Below, in pieces: positions 37,761 through 48,780 of a DNA stretch of 64,000 bases. The notes under the pieces were generated by a model that made no database searches, was not told where the DNA came from, and saw only the letters and a list, made by a program, of their open reading frames with translations. The DNA comes from Octopus vulgaris (Eukaryota). Each line of letters begins with the position of its first letter. The stretch's first letter is position 1. A program made the translations under genes and the position numbers. The DNA lies in contig OX597816.1 in assembly GCA_951406725.2 (NCBI GenBank), positions 129,022,001-129,086,000 of the forward strand, given 5' to 3'.

Positions 37761-38128
37761 AGTGTGCGAGGAATTGAAGCACTTGCTGCTGCATTGATGT
37801 ATTTTTCTTTCACCTCTTTCTGTATTTTTCCTTGTTTTTCTTTTGTTAAATATATTCTTGTTTTATGGGATACTGTCTTGTTCTGACTGCCATATCTTTT
37901 TAGTCTTGTGTGTGCATGTATGTGTGATTAGTGTGTGTGTGTGTTGTGTGTGTGTGTGTGTGTGTGTGTGTCTGTGTGTGTGAGTGTGTGCATGTGCATA
38001 TGTGTTGTGTCTGTGTGTTTGTCTCTGTGTGTCTGTGTGTGTGAGTGTGTGCGTGTGTGTTGTGTCTGTGCCTCTGTGTGTGTGTGAATGTGCATGTGTA
38101 TATGTGTGTCTGTATGTCTGTGTGTGTG

Positions 38129-38189
<61 letters not shown>

Positions 38190-38810
38190 ATGTGTGTGAG
38201 GGAGAGAGAGACAGACAGACAGACAAACGGATGAACTGAAGAATTATTTCTTGCATGGTTTTGTTTTGATCCTTTTACATCCCGAAAAGTATGATGACAC
38301 TCTACTAGAGTACAGATGATGACACAAATACCAGTTGAGCCCTGGAGTCGATGTAAATGACTTACCTCCTTCCTCAAAATTTCAAGTCAATTGCCTGGCA
38401 GGAAAAAAAATTATTTGTAAGTACAGGCTTTGTTGTGTGGGTAAGAAGCTTGCTCCCCAACCACATGGTATCAGGTTCAGTCCCACTGTGTGACACCTTC
38501 AGAGTAAATTTGGTAGGCAAACATCCTGTCATATTTGTACATGTGCGTGTGAAAGAGAGAAGGCCTTTGCTTAACTTCCTATGGGCTCTGTCTTACTTTC
38601 ATTATAGTATTGCAACCATCAAAATGATTCAGCCATCTGATTTTCACTCAAATTTTTGGAAAAACTATCATTAAAATATTTATTAGTAAGTTTTTTTTTG
38701 TTTTAGAAACATTTTTTAATCAATTTTTACATTTTATGAATTAATCTGCAAAGCCTCACCAACAAACAGCTTTCTACTGCCATCATATACGCAGCAGTAT
38801 CATGTAGATC

Positions 38811-39179
38811 TAGCACTTATAAAGTAGTACTCATGAATATAAAGTAGTACTTATAAATATAAAGTAGTACTTATAAATATAAAGTAGTACTCAGAAATAT
38901 AAAGTAGTATTCAGAAATATAAAGTAGTACTCAGAAATATAAAGTAGTACTCAGAAATATAAAGTAGCACTCATAGATATAAAGTAGCACTCATAATATA
39001 AACTAGTACTCATAAATATAAAGTAGCACTCATAATGTAAAGTAGTACTCATAAATATAAAGTAGTACTTATAAATATAAAGTTGTACTCAGAAATATAA
39101 AGTAGCACTCATAGATATAAAGTAGTACTCATAAATATAAAGTAGTATTTATAGTATAAAGTAGTACTCATAGTATAAA
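38811..39179. repeat. 20-bp minisatellite (AAAGTAGTACTCATAAATAT)n, roughly 18 units
   Basis: Read directly. Confidence 0.95.
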
Positions 39180-40243
39180 ACATCTTTTCAACCCACACAC
39201 TTCATTTTATTCTAAATTGTCTACAAACCGCAGATCAAAGAACTTTCATTGATGTAACAGTACAGAAATTATATAACTCCAAGGCTATAAATTTGTTCCT
39301 TCCACTTACCATATCACTAGTACAAAATATTATGTGGCTTCTAAAGTGTATCAGAATTCTCTATAAGACAAAGCTACAGTTTCTGCTGTAAGTTTTCCAC
39401 TCTTCTCTAACATATATTCTGTTATCAGTGTTTTGCCTGCTGAGCTACGTCGATATGAAAGTCAGTCAGTGACTGCTTTATCTCTACATGCCGTTTATTG
39501 AAATGTCACAGAAATGAATACAATATTGATTGCATCAATGATAATACAACTGGACCACAAACATTAAATGTCTTTATAAATATTGTCTGAAATGCTGAAA
39601 ATAAGATTCTTCCCTTTTATGCTGACACTCTTTCAAGTCACTGGTTTCTAATGGGCAATAGGTTGGTTAAGAAGCAAAGGAGATAAAATAGCCAAGAAGC
39701 AAAGGTTTTCAAAATGTTCGAAATGATTTCTATGCTCCATAAGTGATATTGGTCAGAAATAAGAGATCTTGCCATATTGAGCTGCAATAATGGAGCTTTA
39801 CAACTGTGCTACTTGTGTTGTTTGATGTGATGGGGCTGTCAAAGTCCTAGCAAATGGATCTGTCAGAGTGGAGTGCTTCTAGTGCATCAAGCTGATTTCT
39901 ATTGAGTTTAGTCAACAATTGATCATGTTTATATATTCTCCAACAGACAAACTTGACAATAGTCTCCTGCCTACAGCACTTCATCAGCTCAAGGTTATGG
40001 ATGGAATAATAGAGAAAGAATTGCTAACTAGATTTTCAATTCAAAAGTTTATTGTATTAATTTTAAAGGACAGCTTACAGCATCAGGGATAAAAAGAAAA
40101 AAAAAAATTAACAGTTTATGTTTATGAATGTGAACTTGTCAGTGATTTTATGTTTGAATTTGCATTTGTGAGCTTGTCTACATTTTTCTGTGCAAAGGAG
40201 TGTATGCATGAAAGTGTATTCACATATATATACATACTCACAC

Positions 40244-40302
<59 letters not shown>

Positions 40303-40367
40303 CACATATATATATACATGAGCAAATATATATATACTTAAACACACACACACACACACATATAATA

Positions 40368-40520
40368 GGCACAGATGTGGCTGTGTGCTTCCCAACCACA
40401 TGGTCCTGGGTTCAGTCCCACTACATGGCACCTCCTTGAGCAAGTGTCTTCAATAATATAGCCTAGGCCAACCAAAGCCTTCTGAGTGGATCTGGTATAC
40501 AGAAACTGAAAGGAGCCTGT
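40368..40520 (+). mobile_element. SINE family A head
   Basis: ggctgtgtg..accacatggtcctgggttcagtccca. Confidence 0.8.
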
Positions 40521-40529
40521 GGTATGTAC

Positions 40530-40560
<31 letters not shown>

Positions 40561-40569
40561 TACATTAAT

Positions 40570-41002
40570 TTCATTCATCACTCGTTTATCATTCATTTAT
40601 CATCATTCTTAATGCCTGTTTTCCATTCTGGTATGGGTTGGACTGTTTGACTGGAGCTGGTAAGGCAAGGGGCTGCACCAGGTTCCATAGTCAGTTCTGG
40701 TTTGAATTCTACAACTGGATGCCCTTCCTAATTCCAACCAATCCACAAAGTGTACTGGGTGATTTTTATGTGGCACCATCACAAGTGCTTATTACATGGC
40801 ATCAGCACCTGCATCAATACTTTTTACATGCCACCTTGGTTTTCAGATCACAATTCTATTGTTGTGAGAGGGTCTTCTCCAGTACAGCAGTGTGCCACAT
40901 ATCATGGTCCTCTGTCATCTGCTTCATAAAGTTCAGTGTTTTGAGATCAGCCTTCAATATTTCATCCCATGTCTTCCTGGATTTCCTTCTTCCACAACTT
41001 CT
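40570..41002 (-). mobile_element. RTE LINE 3' end
   Basis: catcccatgtcttcctgg encodes RKTWDE on the minus strand; shared 3' UTR. Confidence 0.85.
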
Positions 41003-41017
41003 CATACACACACATAC

Positions 41018-41064
<47 letters not shown>

Positions 41065-41686
41065 CATATATTCAGTCATCTGAATGCAAATATTTGATAC
41101 AAATATTATAAAACATTTTATCCCATGCTCTAACAATATCACTAGTCACTACTCTCATATATCTAACATAGACAGAAGGCCAGGAGTTTTGAAAGGAAGG
41201 CAATCAACTAAACCCACTCCTCTGTTCAAATGGCGCTTTACTTTATCAATTCTGGCAGAATAAAAGACAAAGCTTGGTGAGATTTCATATGCATCTAATA
41301 ATAAAGAAATATATTAAGAATTTACTTAGGGCCTCCTGCTGCATAAAAATCAAAATTAAAGTATATATAATGTAGTTAATCATGAAATTTCTCAATCAGA
41401 ATTAGTCATTAATGCCAGTAATTTTTTTTCTTCTAAAGAGTATTAATTAAAATATCTTTATACATTACATTTCACCTGATAATACCCACTTAACTATTAA
41501 GCTTTCATGCAGTTGGTATCCCAGAGTATTTTACTCCCCTAATTATTTTTAATTATTATAAGTGGCAATAACAGCTGACATATTATAACATGCTTGTTGT
41601 CTGTATTCAAAAGAGAATATCATCATCATCATCATCATCATCATTATCCTCACAATTATTATTGTTAAAAGTTAAATTGACATTAA

Positions 41687-42136
41687 TTTTCACATTATTT
41701 TGTTAAGCTTATTTCTACAGAAATTATAACCAGCACTGATTTTTACTACGTTTCATATCGTCAGATGTAAACAAATAATGAAATCGAAGACAAAAATGGG
41801 TAATGAGTGTATATGCCATATTTTGTGGGGTCTACCCCCTCATCAGTACCTATTTAACCCACTCTCACCCCCGAACACATTGCTTATTATTAGTATATCC
41901 AATAACTTACTTCTGTATGTGGTGGCTATATAACCAATGTGTTCAGAGGTGAGAGTGGGTTAGCTGGGTGCTGATGAAGGGGAAAACTCCCAAAATATGG
42001 CATATACACTCATTATCTATTTTTGGCTTCGATATCATTGTTTGTTTACATCTGACGTCTCAATGCGAAACACTGTAGCAAAAACTCAGTGCTGGCTATA
42101 ATTTCTGTAGATATAACCTTACAAAATAATGTAAAA
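41687..42136. repeat. ~450-bp palindrome carrying HHR motifs in both arms
   Basis: Arms 41687-41887 and 41929-42136 are reverse-complementary along their length. Confidence 0.92.
41966..42011 (+). ncRNA. Type-I HHR with a G12>A change
   Basis: gggtg-CTGATGA-a-gggg-aaaac-tccc-AAAA-tatg-g-cata-T-A-cactc; 5-bp stem I; mirror copy on the minus strand at about 41805-41850. Confidence 0.7.
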
Positions 42137-42204
42137 AAAAGCACTGCTAACACAATAGAACGTGGTGTTGACTTATAAAAACAGTGAATATACTTTATAG
42201 TATA

Positions 42205-42594
42205 CTAGCAATATAGCCCGGCGTTGCTTGAGTTTGTTTCGACCCTTTAGAATTGGAATTTTTGAAAAGTAAAAATTTTGCATTATGTAGCTTGTTATTC
42301 TCTTTAAGTGAACATTTTTCTGGTTGAAATACACCAAAAAAAAGCGACACAGCAGTAAAAAATCGTAAAAAATAGGGATTTTCATAGAAAAAAAGCACTT
42401 TTTTTATGTAAATAATTTTTGGTCATATGGTCCAATTTGAATTTTTTCTTCTATGGAATAAAGAGCAAGCCTTCTTCTATCATACTCTCAATTTTGGTCA
42501 ACTTCCACCGTAGGGTCTCAGAGGAGATAGTGTTAGCTAAAGGCTACCAAACCTGCCACACACACACAGACAACTTCAGCTTTATATATATAGA
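42205..42594 (-). mobile_element. Non-autonomous Helitron, third subfamily
   Basis: A|TCTATATATATAAAG .. caagcaacgccgggc-tatattg-CTAG|T. Confidence 0.85.
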
Positions 42595-43649
42595 TTATGG
42601 TTGCCTAACAAAACACCACATGCCTACAAGTCATTCATAAATTTTCACAATATCCGTTTCAACTTGCAAAACAGCTACAATTAACAGTTGTTGTAATTGT
42701 TGTTTAGCCATAGGTCAACTCTGATCAAGTAGACCTACAATCAAAATCACTCCAGTCATGACAATCCATATTTTTGCAGGTTTTGGGGTCTTTGAAGACA
42801 TCCAATGTACCCTTTCAAGACATAAGGCATTATCTGAGGGTAATTTGGCTGCTATAACTAGAAGGTTTAGAAATACTGTGTAGAAATTTCCTGGGAAAGT
42901 TTATGAGTTACTTATAAAACATTCCCTAAACACCATACAGCAGATGTTATGTTTACAATGTGAGGTAATGTCTAAGTTGCCAGTATTTTAACATAACAAA
43001 TATCCTGCCTCAGGAATATACTCTAAGCAGCACCATTATAAAATCTCATTAATATATAAGATGTCTAAAAATAAAAATACAAACTAAGCATCTTGCGACT
43101 GATAAATATTTGGTTTTTCACCAAATTTGATCTCAAAGCTGATTCCTTAGTCTTACAATAAATGCATGCAAGTCTCATTATTTTCCAGTCAATACTGCAA
43201 CGGAACAGTTGTCGTGTCAGGATATTAGATTTCATCTGCCACATGTTTATTTTAGACTTTAAATGTGTGCAATTTAACTCTTTATATTGTCTCGCTCACA
43301 TGCTAGAGTGACAACAATATAGAGTAACACCAAAAGCCTGACTAGTGTAAACATCTTAATAGATTCCTTCTCATTCATGCTACAATGATCAATACTCATA
43401 GTACTACATGGAAATTCAAATATATATATGAGGTTTAAACCTTATCTGCTGAACTTGGAGTCATTGAGATTAGAAAACAACACAAGTAATCATAGCAATG
43501 CTACCTTCAATTTTCTTGTGTGATCTGATCAGTAAGATGTTTAAATGACAAAGAATTCATTGATCAGTTTTCTACTGAGAAGCAAACATAATCCTTCATC
43601 TTAAATATCTGTTTTATGTGCAAGGGCTTAAAATTAACTTCTCAATCAA

Positions 43650-44200
43650 GTGCAACTAATGAGCCAGAAGTGAATTGATGGAAGCGTATACAAGAAAACC
43701 AATAGATTATAAATGTCATAGGCTGCTTTGTAGCAACAAGTACAAGGAAATTGGTAAATGGTACAAGTAGGATAAAATGAAAAAATTTAGATTCGTGGTG
43801 AAATGAAATATTTTGTATTCCTGGCAAAAATATTTCTATTAATGTGGCAGCAATATTATTCGTAAACACTTTCTATTCCTTACTTGATAGAGTAAAATGA
43901 TAAATTTTGCTTTGAGGAATTTACTAAAAATTGGTGAACTAAAAACAACAGGCTTTAGCAGGAATCAAATGAGAATGCAGTTAATAGATTTTATCCAATA
44001 TCCTTAGCACCAGAGGGCTGTGGATTTTAGTGTTTTGAGGTTTTGGTGGGTTTTTGGGGGTGGGGTGGAAATTGTGTATATTTACTACTACAAAATGGGG
44101 ACCAAAGTCTAAGCATATTTTCTGGTTACATTTCCTAATGCATCTAATTAGTTTATCCATCATTGTCAATGATGACCAAAGACACCATATGAAACGCTTA
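43650..44200 (+). pseudogene. Possible piggyBac transposase relic
   Basis: Fragments IPGKNISINVAAILF and TTTKWGPK../SGYI resemble PGxxxSIDExMIxF and KPxKWGxK..GY; interrupted and frameshifted. Confidence 0.3.
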
Positions 44201-44792
44201 CTTTCAAAACCAGATATATGCATTGGAATTTGTATTTTGGGGATTTTTTGCTTGATTTTAAACTTTTCCCAACACTTTCAAGAATAGTCTCCTTTGCCAA
44301 ACTGCTAAGCTATGGAGACATAAACACACCAACACCAGTTGTCAAGTGATGGTGGAGGGACAAACACAGACACAGACACATAAATTTTCTGTTTCTAGTG
44401 TTTCTCTTATTTAGAAAATATTTCAGATTTTAGTTATTTCTGGATTTTAAATTTGGAATTTTGGAATTTCAGAAAAGAATTATAAACAAAATAATTGTGT
44501 TATCTTCCAAGAAATGAATTTTGAATGGAGTATTTTGTTGAACACTTGACTCCCACTCACAAAATAAGTTTCTAATTCTTCTCACAACACAACAATATAC
44601 ACTAGTAACACAAGCAAATTTCCATGAATGACCTCTGCATTAATAACATGCAGTTAAGTGGCACTGAGCAAAAAAAGCACCACTAGGAGATTTCCCCCAG
44701 TTATTACTGCAAACTGTCAATGTTTATTCACTCAAATGTTAATATCTAACATTCGCTTAGGATCTTGCTGATGTTGCTAGAACTATTTTTCA

Positions 44793-44823
44793 CTGATGAG
44801 GTCTAATAAGACTGAAACATGTC
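44793..44823 (+). ncRNA. HHR core, stem I not supported
   Basis: CTGATGA-ggtct-aata-agact-GAAA-catg-TC; palindromic ACATGT stem III typical of PLE minimal HHRs. Confidence 0.55.
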
Positions 44824-45368
44824 CAGATTGTCCAAGTATCAGGTTCATTTCTCTCTGCATAGATGCAAACTTGAGTCCCTTAGTTTTCTTAACAAGAATT
44901 AATCATTGAAACTAATCATTTTTTTTTTCTGATTACAGTTACCATCTTAATTAATTAAAAAACTTTTATCATTCAATATATCATTCAATATATCATATAT
45001 CAGCTAACATCATATGCTATTGCCTCCACCCACACTCCACTTAACACCAGCATACAGCTCATTTACTTAAACTTTCTATGAACCTGCGCTTCTCTTTTTG
45101 ATTGATAAAGAGAATTTCATCAATAAATTTCCCTTGTATCACCAGATGAGGGAATTAATATGATCACACTGACAGCAAAACAAATGCTGTTCTCATTCAG
45201 AAATTCCACCAAATATGCCAACAAATTTCCTTCGACCCACAACCAATATAACTAGTATTAGTTTAACCAATACAGTTGAGTTTCAGAAACCATATTTATA
45301 ACTATATTTCATCATTTTGTATATTTTTGTATATACCTTACTTCATTTACTTAGGACCTATGTTTGGG

Positions 45369-45407
<39 letters not shown>

Positions 45408-45589
45408 CTATTATGTTAAACTGTCGTATGTTCAAATTTGACTAAATGCGATTTTTCAATACTTATTTTTGCTTACAATTTCTGGTTCTTTTGATCAAAT
45501 TATCATATCTCCAGCTGCTTCAGATGCCAAGATATTAAAAATTGTCAAAATGTACAACAGTTTTGATATGGAATGGTGAAACTATTTTT

Positions 45590-45848
45590 TTGTCTTCTAC
45601 TATAACCTCGGGCCAGCCAAAGCCTCATGAGTGGATTTGGTATGTATTTGTGTGTCAATGTTAGTCCCGCCACCATCACTTGACAATAGATGTTGGTGTG
45701 TTTACGTCCCCATAACTTAGTGGTTCAGCAAAAGAGACTGATAGAATAAGTACTAGGCTTTCACAGAATAAGTCCTGGGGTTGAAGGCAGTGCTCCAGCA
45801 TGGCTGCAGTCAAATGACTGAAACAAGTAAAAGAATAAAAGAATAAAA
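45590..45848 (+). mobile_element. SINE family A, 5'-truncated
   Basis: Body and tail match 22130-22437. Confidence 0.85.
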
Positions 45849-47053
45849 GCTTTACTATAAAAGTGTTAATAAAATATTAGAGAAGGTTTATCCACACTGA
45901 GTTTTACAGGAAAAGGAAAATCACATTTTACAAACGGTTTCCGCTGTTTTGCAATTCATCAAAGTTCAAAGATCAATCTCAATGCAATTTTTTAGCCCAT
46001 GTGGTGATAGACACACATGGGATTACTTTTAAATACAAATGTTGCTTATGTCATTTTCAAAAGAAGGAATGCAACTGTTAGTTTGTCTGATTTATATTAC
46101 ATATGTTGTTTTCATAAGGTCATAAATTTAGGTTGTTATTTTCAGGAAGTTATATTTTGACTTATACAAAATAGTTTCTTTTTTTATTCTGAGAGTAAAG
46201 GCATTTGATTTAAGTACCAGTTAGAAATGTAAGGTAACAGATTTGTTTTCACAAAAAATTCTACTTTACCCCAAAATTATTTAACTCAGTAGTCAGAGAA
46301 AATGCTTTTTTGAGGATATAGTCAGTAATGTATGGCAATTAAAACATAATGCATTAAACTTTGATTGCTGTCTATTAATATAGTATACTTTTTATTGTTT
46401 TGTTGTCATTCTATTATTGAGTCATGACACTGACAGAAAAAGAAGAGTGAATAGTTTGGTAAGACCTGTTCCCTGCAATTTTCTATTAGCTGATTCAGGG
46501 GATTTTCCTTGTATAAGGTTCCGTGAACTGTTGATGATGTACTGTCATTCTTTTCTTGAAGGACATACTTTTTTGTCCAGTATAGTATCCATGGCAACCT
46601 TTTTATATTATGGTGGAGATTATATTGTCTGAATTATAAGAAATGTTGTTTTCCCTTTTCAAGTGGAATTCAGGAACTTCTAATTTGGGAGCTACATAGT
46701 CCACAGTTGTACTTACTGCCTAGGGTGTGTCACTTTGCAATGATCAATATCTTTTTTAGTAATTTCACTTGTCTCTTTCTTTTTATGATTGCTTTTTTTC
46801 CCAAGATGTTTTTCAATTTTTGATCCTGTAATGGTATTTAATAGGTTTATAATTAATGTTAGTGAGGATTTCTTTATTAAAATATATGGATTCACGTTTT
46901 TTACTCTTTTGTATTTTGTTGCTTGAAGCTCTCAGACATTACTTTGTTTTGCTTTCTGAGTTCCAAAGTTAATTAGTTTTATAAGATATTCTGTTTTGAC
47001 AAGTGTTCTTTCATTTCTTAATGTTGTTCATCTCTTATTTAAGAATTTGAGAC

Positions 47054-47209
47054 AGGAGTGGCTGTGTGGTAAGTAGCTTACTAACCAACCACATGGTTTC
47101 GGGCTCAGTCCCACTGCATGGCATCTTTGGCAAGCGTCTTCTGCTATAGCCCCGGGCTGACCAATGCCTTGTGAGTGGATTTGGTAGACGGAAACTGAAA
47201 GAAGCTTGT

Positions 47210-47286
<77 letters not shown>

Positions 47287-47493
47287 GTGTGTTTGTGTGT
47301 CTGTGTTTGTCCCCCTAGCATTGCTTGATAACTGATGCTGGTGTGTTTACGTCCCCGTCACTTAGCGGTTTGGCAAAAGAGACCAATAGAATAAGTACTG
47401 GGCTTACAAAGAATAAATCCCGGGGTCGATTTGCTCGACAACAGGCGGTGCTCCAGCATGGCCGCAGTCAAATGACTGAAACAAGTAAGAGTA
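47054..47493 (+). mobile_element. SINE family A, full length, nested in the PLE
   Basis: Nearly identical to 22050-22437. Confidence 0.92.
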
Positions 47494-47706
47494 ATTGTGC
47501 AGATACCTTTTGCCAAGTTGAATGACATGTTACTTCAAGTATGTTTTGTGTGACATGGCATAAAAAGGAGAGGTTTTATTTTATGAGTTAGTGGGTCTAA
47601 GATATTTGTTTGTTTCTAGTGTTGTGTTTCTTTTTGTTATTAGCATATCTAAGGAGAGGAGTTTATCACTACAGAGTCTCATAATGAATTGAATATGAGG
47701 GATTAT

Positions 47707-47932
47707 GTCATCATCATCATCATCGTCCTTTAACATCCATTGTCCTTGCTGGTGTGGGTTGGACTGTTTGACCAGAGTTGGCAAGCTGTGGAGCTGCACC
47801 AGATTCCAGTCTGACTTGGCATAGTTTCTACGACTGGATGTCTTTCCTAATGCCAACCACTGTACAGAGTATGCTGGGTGCTTTTACATGGTACCACATG
47901 GATACTTTTATGCAGCACCACATGGGTGCTTT
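47707..47932 (-). mobile_element. RTE 3' UTR copy nested in the PLE RT
   Basis: (CAT)n followed by tgggttggactgtttgac..ggatgtctttcctaatgccaaccac. Confidence 0.85.
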
Positions 47933-48439
47933 TATCAATTTCCCATCCATAAAATGAAACAGTCATCTACAAATTTATTCCAGTTTTCTTTCAAATAACA
48001 AACGAATTCCTCTCCAAATATTTGTGAGGATTGTTCTCAGATTTTCTGTTCGTAGCACCCCATAATTAAGAAGGCATATCTTAGAGCAACTGTCATTTCC
48101 ATAGCCATTCCTAACTTTTGTCAGTAAGCTTTGTGACCAAATATAAAGTAGCTGCTTTCTAACACGAGCTGGAGGCCATCAACACTAAATTGTCTACTTG
48201 TACCTTCTTGCATTTCATAAGTAAATGTGTCTAGCCAGTACTTAATAGTTTTGATTCAATAATAGTGAGGAATGTTCTATACAGTTTCACAACATCAAAT
48301 GTGACAATTTAGGAATTCTCATTTGCTGTATAGGAAGAGGGTTGAGCATATCAAGATAATCTTGTATAAGTTCTTTATGTGCTTAAGGAAAGGCTTTAGC
48401 AGAATGTCTTGGATGTTACCTTTTCACAAGACAGGTCTG

Positions 48440-48732
48440 CTACAATTAGTCTATGTGTATGTGCATGTGTCAGTGTGTGTGTGTGCATGCAAGCCTCCTT
48501 GTCTTGACATCATTTAATAGTTGTAAGCAGGTGTCACTGTTTTACAAGTAAGGGTTGTCATTTGTTTCCAGTCTTCCAGAAAAACAGGTCCAGGCATAGG
48601 AAATATCACCTTGCTCAAAAACAAGTGAGGGTTGGTGAGTGGAAGGATTGTCTCTGGTTATAGAAAATATGCCTAGACAAATTTCATCTGACCCATACAA
48701 GCATGGAAAAAAGCAGACATTAAAACAATGAC

Positions 48733-48765
<33 letters not shown>

Positions 48766-48780
48766 ACTGACGATGATGAC
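48440..48780 (+). mobile_element. SINE family E 3' part with (GAT)n tail
   Basis: ctccttgtcttgacatca..gtgagggttgg..acccatacaagcatggaaaa. Confidence 0.7.

Larger units (their letters stand above)
46400..48412 (-). mobile_element. Decayed Penelope-like retroelement (RT plus GIY-YIG), interrupted twice
   Basis: Minus frames in order: DILLKPFLKHIK; IVTFDVVKLY/NIPH..IKYWLD; QKLGMAM..YAFLIMG; WNKFVDDCFILW; HIQFIM..LLSLDMLI..YLRPTNS; SFNLAKGICTI; SDNIISTII*KGCHGYYTGQKSMSFKKRMTVHHQQF. Confidence 0.88.

Noticed and set aside
37403-37813. 136-aa minus-strand ORF as a host gene
   Set aside because: No recognisable domain; the opposite strand explains it as a CRE-like relic.
38811-39179. CRISPR-like regular repeat
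   Set aside because: No unique spacers, no cas genes, eukaryotic context; it is a plain minisatellite.
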